From NCBI GenBank assembly GCA_965218585.1, contig CBDCLE010000002.1, positions 256,001 to 320,000 on the forward strand: a stretch of DNA of 64,000 bases, in the 5' to 3' direction. Positions 44,201-53,029 of the stretch are shown one piece after another (position 1 is the stretch's first letter; the number at the start of each line of letters is the position of its first letter). The notes under the pieces were generated by a model, which worked only from the letters and a program-made list of their open reading frames with translations, made no database searches and had not been told where the DNA came from. The position numbers and the translations under genes were made by a program. This stretch comes from Terriglobia bacterium (GTDB taxonomy: Bacteria; Acidobacteriota; Terriglobia; 20CM-2-55-15).

Positions 44201-44375
44201 TGGAAAGGAAATCCAGCAGCCCATGGCCGCTGTAATTCTCGGCGGAATGCTCACTTCGACCTTTCTGAACATGATCGTCATTCCGACGCTGTATTTGAGA
44301 TATGGACGCGGGGAAGAGGAAGTCTGGGAAGACGAATGGGCAGACGGCGCGGATCCTACCCCTGCAGGCGATTGA
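41250..44375 (+). CDS. czcA: CusA/CzcA-family heavy-metal efflux RND permease
   Basis: 1041 aa with VDVFPDL, GLAPEEVE, GGLAIAIGELVDDAIVDVEN, GFITLFGIATRNG and ERLSPILMTA motifs. Confidence 0.9.
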   Translation: MLDKIIQWSLDNRLLVVVGAIGLLVYGGIVAARTPVDVFPDLTAPTVTVLTEAHGLAPEEVEAVVTVPLEAVLNGTSGVFRVRSNSAAGLSLIFAEFEIGTDIYRARQLVTEKLGQVQLPIGVEPPVLGPISSTMGEIMLVSMRSEGETSNMDLRSLADWVVRPRLLAITGVSQVIVIGGDLKQYQVIVDPALLVDYDLSLEDVTHAVAEANAVSTGGFMERTNEEFLIRGRGRVSQVEDLAESVITIRDGSPILIEHVAEVRLGAAIKRGDGSFNMESAIVVTIQKQPNANTLELTSEIETTLASLERTLPEDVSIDAEAFQQANFIELAVGNVRRALVEGGLMVSIVLFLFLWNFRTTFISLTAIPLSLLTAILAMSYFGISINTMTLGGLAIAIGELVDDAIVDVENVFRRLKQNVGLGNPQKISTVVFKASSEIRNSIFYATAIIILVFLPLFSLAGFEGRMFAPLAFAYIFSIAASLLVALTVTPVLCYWMLGRFTRTQDTGDSQLVAFSKRRYSKVLGWALARPFEVIAVSVLLLVTSVALLPLTGREFLPLFNEGAVNVNVTLPPGTSLEESNRVGNVVEGVLHQIPEVVSTTRRTGRAEQDEHAAGVNASELEVVMLASDRSQFAIMDEIRESLAPIPGVGLEVGQPISHRIDHLLSGTQAQIAIKLFGPDLPTLRNKAEEIRASMENVPGIVDLLVEPQVGVPQVQVNIDRANAAAVGLSAGDLAEAVETAFNGRVVGQVLEQQRSYDLIVRLEDEARESLDSIRNTLIETPTGAKVPIAQVADVRSDQGPNTINRENGQRRIIVQSNVSGRDLGSVINDVRASVGREVALPEGYFVQYGGQFEAQEQASERIFWLSLVAIGGIFLLLFIALKSVRASLLVMANLPLALIGGVLIVFLSGGTLSVASLVGFITLFGIATRNGIMLVTHYRHLIEEGVAFRQAVIQGSMERLSPILMTALVTGVGLIPLALGVGTPGKEIQQPMAAVILGGMLTSTFLNMIVIPTLYLRYGRGEEEVWEDEWADGADPTPAGD

Positions 44376-44477
44376 AAAAGCAGGGACAGAGCACTCTTTT
44401 TGCAACCAGGTTCGTATGCAAAATTCGTATGCAAAAGATGATTCGCTGGCAAAAAGAGTGCTCTGTCCCTACTTTTT
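44375..44477. repeat. Long palindromic intergenic element (REPIN/MITE-like), family A
   Basis: Arms AAAAAGCAGGGACAGAGCACTCTTTTTGC / GCAAAAAGAGTGCTCTGTCCCTACTTTTT; related to the element at 51649-51728. Confidence 0.75.
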
Positions 44478-44485
44478 ACCGAAAC

Positions 44486-44510
44486 GTGCGGTCATAGACC
44501 GCACCTACAG
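44486..44510 (-). repeat. GTAG-type REP element
   Basis: GTGCGGTCATAGACCGCACCTACAG, the same unit as at 55701-55774. Confidence 0.7.
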
Positions 44511-44547
44511 TATGCTTTCTGCTTCTTCATATATTTGATCCGGGAGG

Positions 44548-45863
44548 ATGAGAACTGTGAGACGACTACTTACGTTTGTTTGCCTGGTCGCTGTTGGGAG
44601 CCTTGTTATTTCAGGGGACCTCGCCGCCCAGGATCTGGTAATCACCAATGCCCGCATCATTGATGGGAACGGCGGCGTCATTGCCGACGGCACCGTGGTC
44701 GTCGAGGACGGCCGGATTTCTCAAGTGAGCCCCAGCGCGGCGACCGGTCCCGATGGCGCACGTCAAATCGATGCCCAGGGGATGACGGTTATGCCGGGCT
44801 TTATCGATGGTCACCGTCACATCATTGGCGGACCTGGAGACCAATGGCTCGCCGAGCAGGCCTCAGACCGCATGCGCGAGTTTCTGGAAGCCGGGTTCAC
44901 GTCAGTTCAGTCCGGTGGCGGTGCGATCCCACCACAGGTCGAACTCCGGCGCCGCATTGATGAAGGAGAATTGGAAGGCCCCCGTATTATTGTTTCTGTT
45001 TTTTCGCAACTGGCGGCCCCTCCAGAGGGAGGAGGTGGAGGCCGAGACAGAGGTGACCCGGCCCGTGGCGATTCGGCGCGTCCGGGCTTTCGTCCCACTG
45101 AAGCTGCGAATGTAATACCCGAAGAGGATACTCGTCGGACAGTGAGAGATGCCGTTGCAGCCGGTGTCGACGCCATCAAGGCGGTTATTCTCGTCACGCC
45201 AGGTGGTCCGGAAGAGAACACCCTGTCGGTCATCGTCGATGAAAGCCACAGCCAGGGCGTTCGCAGCATCACGCACGCCACCAGCGTTCAGGATACGGTT
45301 GCCGCTGTTCGGGCCGGAACGGATGTGCTCATGCATACGCCGCACACGGACCTGCTGGACATCTCCACGGCTCAAATGATTGCCGACGCCGGAATTCCCA
45401 TGGTTTCAACGCTTGGCGTATTTACTCCAACATTTGCCGAAGATAACCAGGCCATCCGGGAGTCGACCGGCGCTGATAACGAAGCGCGCTTCAGGGATCT
45501 GGGCCTCTTCCCCGAGGGTGCAGAACCTTGGTACAGCGTGGGACAGGGACCGGTGAATGCGCGGCTGTTCTGGGATGCGGGAGGTGTCTACGCCTTTGGA
45601 ACAGACACGACGTACCTGCCGAAGGACACGCTCGAAAACGAACTGAAGCCGCTCAGGCTCGTCTTTTCCAGACAGGACATCATCCAGATGTTGACGAAGA
45701 ATGCCGCAGCGGCCATGGGCCGAGTGACGATCTGGGTACGCTGGAGACCGGCAAACTGGCCGACATCGTTATGATCGACGGCAACCCGTTGGCGGAAACT
45801 TCAGATCTGTTGAAGGTTGCTGTTGTGATTCGTGATGGACGGGTGGTGGTTGATAAGAGGTAA
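44548..45863 (+). CDS. Secreted amidohydrolase, paralog 1 (frameshift near 45722)
   Basis: Signal peptide; MPGFIDGHRH and FGTD motifs. The C-terminal GTLETGKLAD is in a second frame; a single base is missing relative to paralog 2. Confidence 0.85.
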
Positions 45864-45897
45864 TTGAAGATGCACCCTTGGCCTCGGGGGTCGACTA

Positions 45898-45938
45898 TTC
45901 GGGGACGGAGACAGGAGAATCTGGTCTCCGTCCCCGAA
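45898..45938. repeat. Intergenic hairpin
   Basis: TTCGGGGACGGAGAC...GTCTCCGTCCCCGAA inverted repeat. Confidence 0.5.
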
Positions 45939-45986
45939 CTCGTTTACGCTATGATGACTTACTTCCTATAAGCACAGTCCCGGAGG

Positions 45987-47306
45987 ATGAGAACCGTGAA
46001 ACGACTACTTACGTTTGTTTGCCTGGTCGCAGTTGGGAGTCTCGCTGTTTCTGGAGATCTCGAGGCTCAGGATCTGGTAATTACGAATGCCCGCATCATT
46101 GATGGAAACGGTGGCGTCATCTCCGACGGCACTGTTGTTGTAGAGGACGGGCGGATTTCTTCGGTCAGTGCCGGAGATGCGACCGGCCCCGACGGTGCGC
46201 GTCAAATCGACGCTCAGGGGATGACGGTGATGCCGGGCTTTATCGATGGTCACCGCCACATCATTGGCGGTCCTGCCGACCAGTGGCTGGCCGAGCAGGC
46301 TTCAGACCGCATGCGCGAGTTTCTGGAAGCCGGGTTCACCGCCGTTCAGTCCGCTGGCGGCGCCGTGCCACCCCAGCTCGAACTTCAACGACGCATCAAT
46401 GAGGGAGAACTGGACGGTCCCCGCATTGTCGTAACCGCCCGTGCCCAGGTCGCGGCTGCTGCTGGTCGAGGTGGCGCTGGTCGCGGAGGATTCAGTGATC
46501 CGGCCCGGGGTAACGGTGCGCGTCCGGGCTTCCGTCCCACCGAACCCGCTAACGCAATACCTGAAGCCGATACCCGTCAAGCGATCAGGGCGGCGGCTGC
46601 GGCCGGTGTCGAGGCGATCAAGACGGCTATCGTTGTCACGCCCGGCGGTCCGGAGGAGAACACCCTGTCCGTCATCGCCGAGGAAAGCGCCAGCCGGGGC
46701 ATGCGGAGTGTTACGCACGCGACTGCCACTGAGGACACGCTTGCGGCCATTCGAGCCGGGACGCATGTGCTCATGCACACGCCACACACGACGATGCTGA
46801 CTATCTCCGAGGCTCAGGAGATTGCGAACGCCGGAATCCCGATGGTCTCGACCCTTGGCGTATACGTTCCGACGTTTTCCGAAGACAACTCGGCGGCTCG
46901 GGCGGCGACCGGCTCTGACAACGAGCCCCGTTTCCGCGACCTGGGCCTCTATCCGGAAGGCGCGCTGCCCTGGTACAGCGTCGGGCAGGGTCCTGTCAAT
47001 GCGAGACTGTTCTGGGATGCGGGGGGTATCTACGCCTTTGGAACAGACACCTCGTATCTGCCGAAGGACACGCTGGAACACGAACTGAAGCCACTCAGGC
47101 TCGTCTTTTCCAGACAGGACATCATCCAGATCATGACGAAGAACGCGGCGGCGGCTATTGGCCGCAGTGACGATCTGGGAACGCTCGAGACCGGCAAGCT
47201 GGCCGACATCGTGATGATCGACGGGAACCCGCTGGCCGAAACGTCAGATCTCTTGAAGGTGGCTTTAGTCGTTCGTGATGGACGAGTCGTTGTGGATAAG
47301 AGATAA
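45987..47306 (+). CDS. Secreted amidohydrolase, paralog 2
   Basis: MPGFIDGHRH, THA, MHTPH, FGTD and GTLETGKLAD motifs; tandem duplicate of 44548-45863. Confidence 0.9.
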   Translation: MRTVKRLLTFVCLVAVGSLAVSGDLEAQDLVITNARIIDGNGGVISDGTVVVEDGRISSVSAGDATGPDGARQIDAQGMTVMPGFIDGHRHIIGGPADQWLAEQASDRMREFLEAGFTAVQSAGGAVPPQLELQRRINEGELDGPRIVVTARAQVAAAAGRGGAGRGGFSDPARGNGARPGFRPTEPANAIPEADTRQAIRAAAAAGVEAIKTAIVVTPGGPEENTLSVIAEESASRGMRSVTHATATEDTLAAIRAGTHVLMHTPHTTMLTISEAQEIANAGIPMVSTLGVYVPTFSEDNSAARAATGSDNEPRFRDLGLYPEGALPWYSVGQGPVNARLFWDAGGIYAFGTDTSYLPKDTLEHELKPLRLVFSRQDIIQIMTKNAAAAIGRSDDLGTLETGKLADIVMIDGNPLAETSDLLKVALVVRDGRVVVDKR

Positions 47307-47324
47307 CCCGAAGTTGGATCTTAA

Positions 47325-47355
47325 GAAAGGCGGGTCGTAGGACCCGCCTTTTTTC
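47325..47355. terminator. Intrinsic terminator, probably bidirectional
   Basis: AAAGGCGGGTC-GTAG-GACCCGCCTTTTTT between convergent genes. Confidence 0.8.
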
Positions 47356-47377
47356 GTTGCAAGGAATCGATCGCCAG

Positions 47378-47860
47378 CTACCCCACACACCGATCCGCGA
47401 CATCCACGTATCTGGCGTGACACTCGCTGCACGAGGCGGAGAGCCGTTCGGTGGTGGCTGTGATTGCGTCCTGACTCTCTGATTCGGCAGCCTCATAGGC
47501 TGCCTCCCCCGCTTCTCTCATGTCAACGACCCACCCCTGCCAGTCTGCGGCATCGACTGGAGCTGCGGTTCCGTTGGCGCACATGCGTCCGGGAATGGTC
47601 AGCAGGTTGGCTGATTCGGCCACGGCGATCGATGCGCTCCGAACCTTGATCCATCCGCCATAGAAGTCGAACGGGTTGTCGCCCGGAGCGTTCGGATCTG
47701 TGGACTGTGCTTCAAAGACGATGTTTGAACTCGGGAATATGATCCCGATCATCACATCGTTGACCGTTCCGGAGATCTCGGGCGCGGATGACTGTGCCGT
47801 GACGGCTACTGCCAGCAGCAGCGACATCGAAAATACTGATAATACTTTTAGGATTTGCAT
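47378..47860 (-). CDS. Exported class II (c'-like) cytochrome c
   Basis: Signal peptide, helical sequence and a C-terminal CSECH heme-binding motif. Confidence 0.75.
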   Translation of the reverse strand: MQILKVLSVFSMSLLLAVAVTAQSSAPEISGTVNDVMIGIIFPSSNIVFEAQSTDPNAPGDNPFDFYGGWIKVRSASIAVAESANLLTIPGRMCANGTAAPVDAADWQGWVVDMREAGEAAYEAAESESQDAITATTERLSASCSECHARYVDVADRCVG

Positions 47861-48014
47861 CGTGGTTCCTTTCCGCTACGGTGTTTCTTAAGAGCCCGCA
47901 CCGGTCTTATTTAATATAAGGTCATATAACTACAGCCCGGAGTGAGGGTCAACGAAAGACGATGAAAGACAGAGAGAACGGGGTCGGGGGACCTGACCCG
48001 GAGGAGAATTCCTA

Positions 48015-48560
48015 ATGTTCAGATCCACGTTGGTTGCACTCATCCTCACGTGTGCGTTGATGCCGGCCATCATGGTCCAGGCTCAGAACATGCCCGACGC
48101 CGACCTTGCAGATGTGAGCTCCATCGATGCCATCGTTGCCGCACTTTACAGCGTCATCTCGGGACCCATCGGCGAAGTGCGGGATCGGGACCGATTCATG
48201 TCACTCTTTGTCGAGGGGGCGCGGCTCATTCCCGTCGGGTCCGATCCCGAGACCGGTGAGACTGGAGTGCGAATGCTGTCGCCCGAAGATTATTGGAACA
48301 GCAGCGCTGATGCGCTCGCCCGGATCGGTTTCACGGAAACCGAGATTGGTCGCACGACAGAGACATTCGGAGGCGTCACGCACGCCTTCAGTGCTTACGC
48401 GTCATATCGTTCAGACCGCGGGGACCCTCGGTCGCCGTTCAGTCGGGGAATCAACTCGATTCAACTCCTGAACGACGGCGCACGCTGGTGGATCGTATCT
48501 GTTTACTGGGATTCGGAGCGGCCGGGCATTGAGATACCGCCTCGGTACATCGCCCGCTGA
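48015..48560 (+). CDS. Exported NTF2/SnoaL-like hypothetical protein
   Basis: SIDAIVAALYSVISGP...RGINSIQL...RWWIVSVYWDSE conserved pattern. Confidence 0.72.
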   Translation: MFRSTLVALILTCALMPAIMVQAQNMPDADLADVSSIDAIVAALYSVISGPIGEVRDRDRFMSLFVEGARLIPVGSDPETGETGVRMLSPEDYWNSSADALARIGFTETEIGRTTETFGGVTHAFSAYASYRSDRGDPRSPFSRGINSIQLLNDGARWWIVSVYWDSERPGIEIPPRYIAR

Positions 48561-48665
48561 GCGACACGTCATTACTGGACACTATCCTTTCGGCTCGGTG
48601 GTTCTTTCCCCTGAGAGTTTCATTGCTTACAGATACCATCTGTAGTTGAATGCGATCACGATCCC

Positions 48666-49766
48666 ATGCATAGCGTTAAAAAACAGATCCGGTTGAAACT
48701 GGTTTCACGGGTGTTAGTGGCGGCCCTGTGCCTGATGCTCCTCGGACCGAACACGCCGGCCAGTGCTCAGGAAACCGTGCGGTTGACAGCTATCGGTGGC
48801 TATGCGCCGGCGGCGCTCTGGGTACGGGTGTTTCTGGACTACTACGTTTCCGAAGTGGATCGTCGTCTGGCTGAAACAGGGAACTACGAGGTGGACTGGA
48901 TCCATGCCTTCAGCGGTACCGTGGCAAAACCCGCCGGCGTGCTCGAAGCGCTGCAGTACGGACTGGCAGACATCGGCATCGTCACCACGCCGTTCCATCC
49001 CGACAAAGTTCCGTTTTACAACCTCAGCTTCGTCACACCTCTGGTGAGTTCGGACATGGGTCTGGTGGCCCGAACCGTGAGCGAACTGGCTGACCGCTAT
49101 CCCGAGATCAAACAGGACTGGTCCGACTACAACCAGGTCTATCTCACAACAGCGGGCTCGATAGACACGTATCAATTACTGATGTCCGAACCGCCTGCAT
49201 CTCTGGAGGACTATCGCGGGCGGAGAATCGGTGGCGTCGGGTTGAACCTGCGCTACCTGGAAGGCCTCGGTGCTGCCGGAGTGACGAGCAACCTGGGGGA
49301 TTTCTACAACAACATCGCCACAGGCCTTATGGATGGTGTCATCGGGTGGGCGGAATCCGCTGTTGCCTACAAGCTTTATGAAGTGGCCCCCTATATGGTG
49401 GACGTTCGGTTTGGAGCCGTGACTTCCAAGGTGCTTACCGTAAACCAACGCACGTGGGGCAAGCTACCCGAAGAGGTTCAGGCAGTGTTAATGGAAACCG
49501 CCAGTGATTATAGAGATGAGCTGGCCCGAGTCTCCATGCAAGTCGCCGCCGAGAGCATGGAAACCTATCAGCGCATGGGTGGAACCGTCTTGGCTCTGAC
49601 CGCGGAGGAGCGTCAGGAATTCGCCGCCACCATGCCCAACATCGCCCAGGTATGGGTGGCTGATCTGGAACAAAGAGGCCTGCCTGGAAAACAGATCCTG
49701 GAAGATTACATGGATATCATGCGCGCCAACGATCAGCCGATCGTACGTCATTGGGATCGCGAGTAG
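48666..49766 (+). CDS. dctP: TRAP transporter substrate-binding protein
   Basis: Signal peptide; GLADIG, LEDYRGRRI, TGLMDG and WGKLPEEVQ motifs; operon with small and large permeases. Confidence 0.88.
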   Translation: MHSVKKQIRLKLVSRVLVAALCLMLLGPNTPASAQETVRLTAIGGYAPAALWVRVFLDYYVSEVDRRLAETGNYEVDWIHAFSGTVAKPAGVLEALQYGLADIGIVTTPFHPDKVPFYNLSFVTPLVSSDMGLVARTVSELADRYPEIKQDWSDYNQVYLTTAGSIDTYQLLMSEPPASLEDYRGRRIGGVGLNLRYLEGLGAAGVTSNLGDFYNNIATGLMDGVIGWAESAVAYKLYEVAPYMVDVRFGAVTSKVLTVNQRTWGKLPEEVQAVLMETASDYRDELARVSMQVAAESMETYQRMGGTVLALTAEERQEFAATMPNIAQVWVADLEQRGLPGKQILEDYMDIMRANDQPIVRHWDRE

Positions 49767-49775
49767 GCGACTTCA

Positions 49776-50288
49776 GTGAGCCCTCCTCAGACCGGACCAC
49801 ACACCAGAGACATTCCTTTTCCGGCAAAGGCCTTTGCCGGAATGCTCACCGGCCTCAGCAGTCTGGGGACGCTGTGGATCCTGGGTTTGATGGTTCTGAT
49901 CAATCTGGATGTTGGGGCCCGGTATCTGTTTAACGCGCCCATCAATGGCGTGACCGAACTGGTGGAACTCTCCATCGTCGGCATCGTGTTCCTGCAACTC
50001 GGCGCCGCTGTCAGGGCCAACAGAATCACCCGTTCTGACGGTTTGTATTCGAGGCTGCTGATGCGCCGCCCCGCGCTGGGCCACGCCCTGGGACTGGCAT
50101 TCGATTTGTCGGGCGCCCTTTTCGTAGGACTCATTCTTTATGGCGGCGTCCCCCGTTTGATCGAAGCCTACCAGCATGGCTATTTCGCGGGTAACGAAGG
50201 GTTGTTCGTTTTCCCGCTGTGGCCGGTCCGCTTGATATTGGTCGTGGGTTGTTTCGTGGTCGCCGTGCAGTTCCTGATATTCGTCTGA
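49776..50288 (+). CDS. dctQ: TRAP transporter small permease (possibly premature TGA; read-through end 50330)
   Basis: Four TM segments with the DVGARYLFNAPING..EL motif. Confidence 0.85.
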   Translation: MSPPQTGPHTRDIPFPAKAFAGMLTGLSSLGTLWILGLMVLINLDVGARYLFNAPINGVTELVELSIVGIVFLQLGAAVRANRITRSDGLYSRLLMRRPALGHALGLAFDLSGALFVGLILYGGVPRLIEAYQHGYFAGNEGLFVFPLWPVRLILVVGCFVVAVQFLIFV

Positions 50289-50326
50289 CAGCACGCTGTA
50301 GCTCTCGGTAGCAGAGAAGCGCCCGA

Positions 50327-51646
50327 GTGAGCGGATTGGAAGTCGGCATTCTCTCGGTAGTGGCGATCCTTGTGCTGATCTATTCGGGCCTGTACGTACC
50401 GGTGGCCCTGGGCCTGGTCTCCTTCATCAGCGTGTGGTTGCTGCGCGGCACACTGGAGGCTCCTGTTTATCTGCTCACCCTCTCCGCTTCCAACAGCATC
50501 GAGGACTACATCTTCGGTGTGATCCCGCTATTCGTATTGATGGGGTTGCTGGTCAGTGAGTGCGGACTGGGCCAGGACATTTACGACGTTGCCAACGTCG
50601 CCCTTCGTAGGCTGCGAGGTGGGCTGGGGGTCGCGACAGTTGCAGCTAACGCTGTCTTCGCCGCTATCACCGGTGTCAGTATTGCCTCGGCAGCCGTGTT
50701 CACAAGGTTGTCGGTACCCGAGATGATCCGTTTTGGCTACCGGCCGCGCTTCGCCGTCGGTGTCGTTGCCGGAAGTTCGGTGCTGGGGATGCTGATCCCG
50801 CCCAGCGTCATGCTGATCATATACGCGCTCATCGCCGAACAGTCTGTTCGAGACATGTTTACCGCCGGTATCGTCCCCGGAGTGCTGCTCTCCCTCGCCT
50901 ACTCAGTGGCTATTATCCTCATGGCGTATCTGTTCCCGGACTACGTGGGTGGCCCGGACTCGGAAACCCGGGAGGAATTGATGCGGAAGACCATAGGCAT
51001 GCTGGAGGTGATAAGGAAACTGTCGCCGCTGGTCGTACTCGTCGTCCTGGTACTCGGCGGGATCTACGGTGGCCTGTTCACGCCGACCGAAGCGGGCGCT
51101 GTGGGTGGTTTGGGCGCGCTGGTCATTGCGCTCGTCAAACGTAAACTGGATCGGGGAAAATTTTGGGCGATCGCGGTGGAGACCGGGCACATCACGGCAT
51201 CGATCCTTTTTCTCATCGTCGCCGCGACCATGTACAGCCGCATGCTGGCCTTGTCGGGGCTGCCCAATGATCTGAGTGCGTTGATCGAGCAGTCGGCCCT
51301 TGGGCTCTATGGCATCCTGGCGATCTACGTTTTGTTGCTCATTGTCATGGGCACAATACTCGACACGACGTCGATCATCCTGGTCATGGTTCCCCTGTTT
51401 ATTCCCATCCTTTCCCAGTTCGGGATCAACCTGGTCTGGTTTGGCATCGTCACCATCGTGGGTGCCGAAATTGGCCTGCTGACCCCGCCCCTGGGAATCG
51501 CCTGCTACGTCATCAAGGCCACCCTTGCCGATGACGATATCAGCCTCTACGACATCTTTGCCGGGGCGCTACCCTTCGCGGCGATAATGCTGTTGGTGTT
51601 GATCCTGCTCATCGCTTTCCCGTCGTTGAGTCTCGTCCTCGTGTGA
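50327..51646 (+). CDS. dctM: TRAP transporter large permease
   Basis: IPLFVLMG, LGMLIPPS, FTPTEAG and EIGLLTPPLG motifs. Confidence 0.93.
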   Translation: MSGLEVGILSVVAILVLIYSGLYVPVALGLVSFISVWLLRGTLEAPVYLLTLSASNSIEDYIFGVIPLFVLMGLLVSECGLGQDIYDVANVALRRLRGGLGVATVAANAVFAAITGVSIASAAVFTRLSVPEMIRFGYRPRFAVGVVAGSSVLGMLIPPSVMLIIYALIAEQSVRDMFTAGIVPGVLLSLAYSVAIILMAYLFPDYVGGPDSETREELMRKTIGMLEVIRKLSPLVVLVVLVLGGIYGGLFTPTEAGAVGGLGALVIALVKRKLDRGKFWAIAVETGHITASILFLIVAATMYSRMLALSGLPNDLSALIEQSALGLYGILAIYVLLLIVMGTILDTTSIILVMVPLFIPILSQFGINLVWFGIVTIVGAEIGLLTPPLGIACYVIKATLADDDISLYDIFAGALPFAAIMLLVLILLIAFPSLSLVLV

Positions 51647-51648
51647 AC

Positions 51649-51728
51649 AAAAAAGTAGGGACAGGTCACTCTTTTTGCCAAGACGTAAGTCTTCAAGCAA
51701 CAAAAAGAGTGACCTGTCCCTACTTTTT
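51649..51728. repeat. Long palindromic intergenic element, family A
   Basis: Arms AAAAAGTAGGGACAGGTCACTCTTTTTG / CAAAAAGAGTGACCTGTCCCTACTTTTT between convergent genes. Confidence 0.75.
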
Positions 51729-51745
51729 CAGTGTCTGTCTCTTTC

Positions 51746-53029
51746 TTACCGTTCCGTGCCTTGCGGCCGGTTCCGAAAGATCTCGTACAACTCCGTATGC
51801 TTGCTGTCCAGGCCGACAGGCGCGCCCTCGATGAACAGGTGTTCGACGCGCGTCGTAACTTCCAGGGGATTCCCGTCCATCAGGACGATGTTCGCAAGCT
51901 TGCCCTCGGCAAGGCTACCCACACGGTCGTCGATGCCCAGAATTTCGGCAGCGTTGATCGTTACGGCCTTGAGCGCCTCCTCTTCGGGCAGTCCGAACGC
52001 GACGGCCATTCCGGCCTGGAACGGAAGGTCACGGACATGGGCTGAACTCCGGGTCGAGAACGCGAACTTCACACCGGCCTCGTGAAGCCGGGTCGCCATC
52101 GAGAAGACTGCGTCGTAGGGATCTTCGTCATATTCCGGTAGGTCCGTAACCGATCCCAGGATGACAGAAGCACCACTCTCGGCGATCAGGTTCACAACCC
52201 CCCGTGCGTATGAGCAACCGCTGAGAACGGTCTGGAGGCCAAACTCTTCGGCGATCTCCAGTGCTTCCCGGACCTCGGCATCAGTGTTGACGTTGAAGAT
52301 GACCGGCATCTCACCATTCACTACAGGTACGAGCGAAGCCAGGACAAAATTCTCGGGATCGGCGACGCCACCGTCGACCAGTTTTGCGAAAGCCTGCGCT
52401 TCAACCAGAGTGGACCGCAGCAAGTCTATCGATTCCTCCCGCTCTTCTTCACGTTCTCTTTGCCGGTCCGCCGGTGTTTCCGCAGAGAAGACCAGCTCTC
52501 TCGGAAAGTTCACAAACATAGCGGCGGTGTCTTCGACAAGTATGTCGCCGAGGACCCATCCATCCAGGTTGATGACCGCACCCTGGCCGCTGAACAGCCC
52601 TCCTGCCGGTGCAGACATGACCGTCGTGATTCCGTTCACCCGCGTTACAGCCACGTGTTCGCTCAGAGGATTGATCGCTCCCGAAGCCTTCATGTGTGGG
52701 TTGAGATCTCCCAACTCGACCGTATCGATCGTCGCTCGTATCGAATTGATCTCCTGCATTCCGACAGTTGTGTGTGGGTCGATCATTCCCGGGTATGCGG
52801 TGAGGCCTTGACCGTCGACCGTTTCCGCATCCCCCGGTACGTTCACGTTTTCCCCCATTGCGGCGATGCGCCCATCCTGCATCACGATGTTCCCTTCGGC
52901 AATGATCTCACCGGTCCCCGTAACAATCCGCACGTCTCGTATGGCGTGGGTCTGTGCCAGGCCTGCAATCGGAATCACGATGCACGCGACAACTGCGAAC
53001 AATACGACTCCGTTTGCCGTTCTACTCAT
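51746..53029 (-). CDS. Secreted amidohydrolase family protein
   Basis: YPGMIDPH, TINAAEILG and GSLAEGKLAN motifs. Confidence 0.88.
   Translation of the reverse strand: MSRTANGVVLFAVVACIVIPIAGLAQTHAIRDVRIVTGTGEIIAEGNIVMQDGRIAAMGENVNVPGDAETVDGQGLTAYPGMIDPHTTVGMQEINSIRATIDTVELGDLNPHMKASGAINPLSEHVAVTRVNGITTVMSAPAGGLFSGQGAVINLDGWVLGDILVEDTAAMFVNFPRELVFSAETPADRQREREEEREESIDLLRSTLVEAQAFAKLVDGGVADPENFVLASLVPVVNGEMPVIFNVNTDAEVREALEIAEEFGLQTVLSGCSYARGVVNLIAESGASVILGSVTDLPEYDEDPYDAVFSMATRLHEAGVKFAFSTRSSAHVRDLPFQAGMAVAFGLPEEEALKAVTINAAEILGIDDRVGSLAEGKLANIVLMDGNPLEVTTRVEHLFIEGAPVGLDSKHTELYEIFRNRPQGTER

Noticed and set aside
47378-47860. Functional link between the cytochrome c'-like protein and nirK (NO buffering)
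   Set aside because: 17 kb apart, with no shared regulatory signal visible.
25918-50288. Stop-codon reassignment, or Sec/Pyl read-through, explaining the in-frame TAG/TGA codons
   Set aside because: All three stop types are involved, TGA and TAG end many intact genes here, and the IS256 TGA is CGA in the sister copy.
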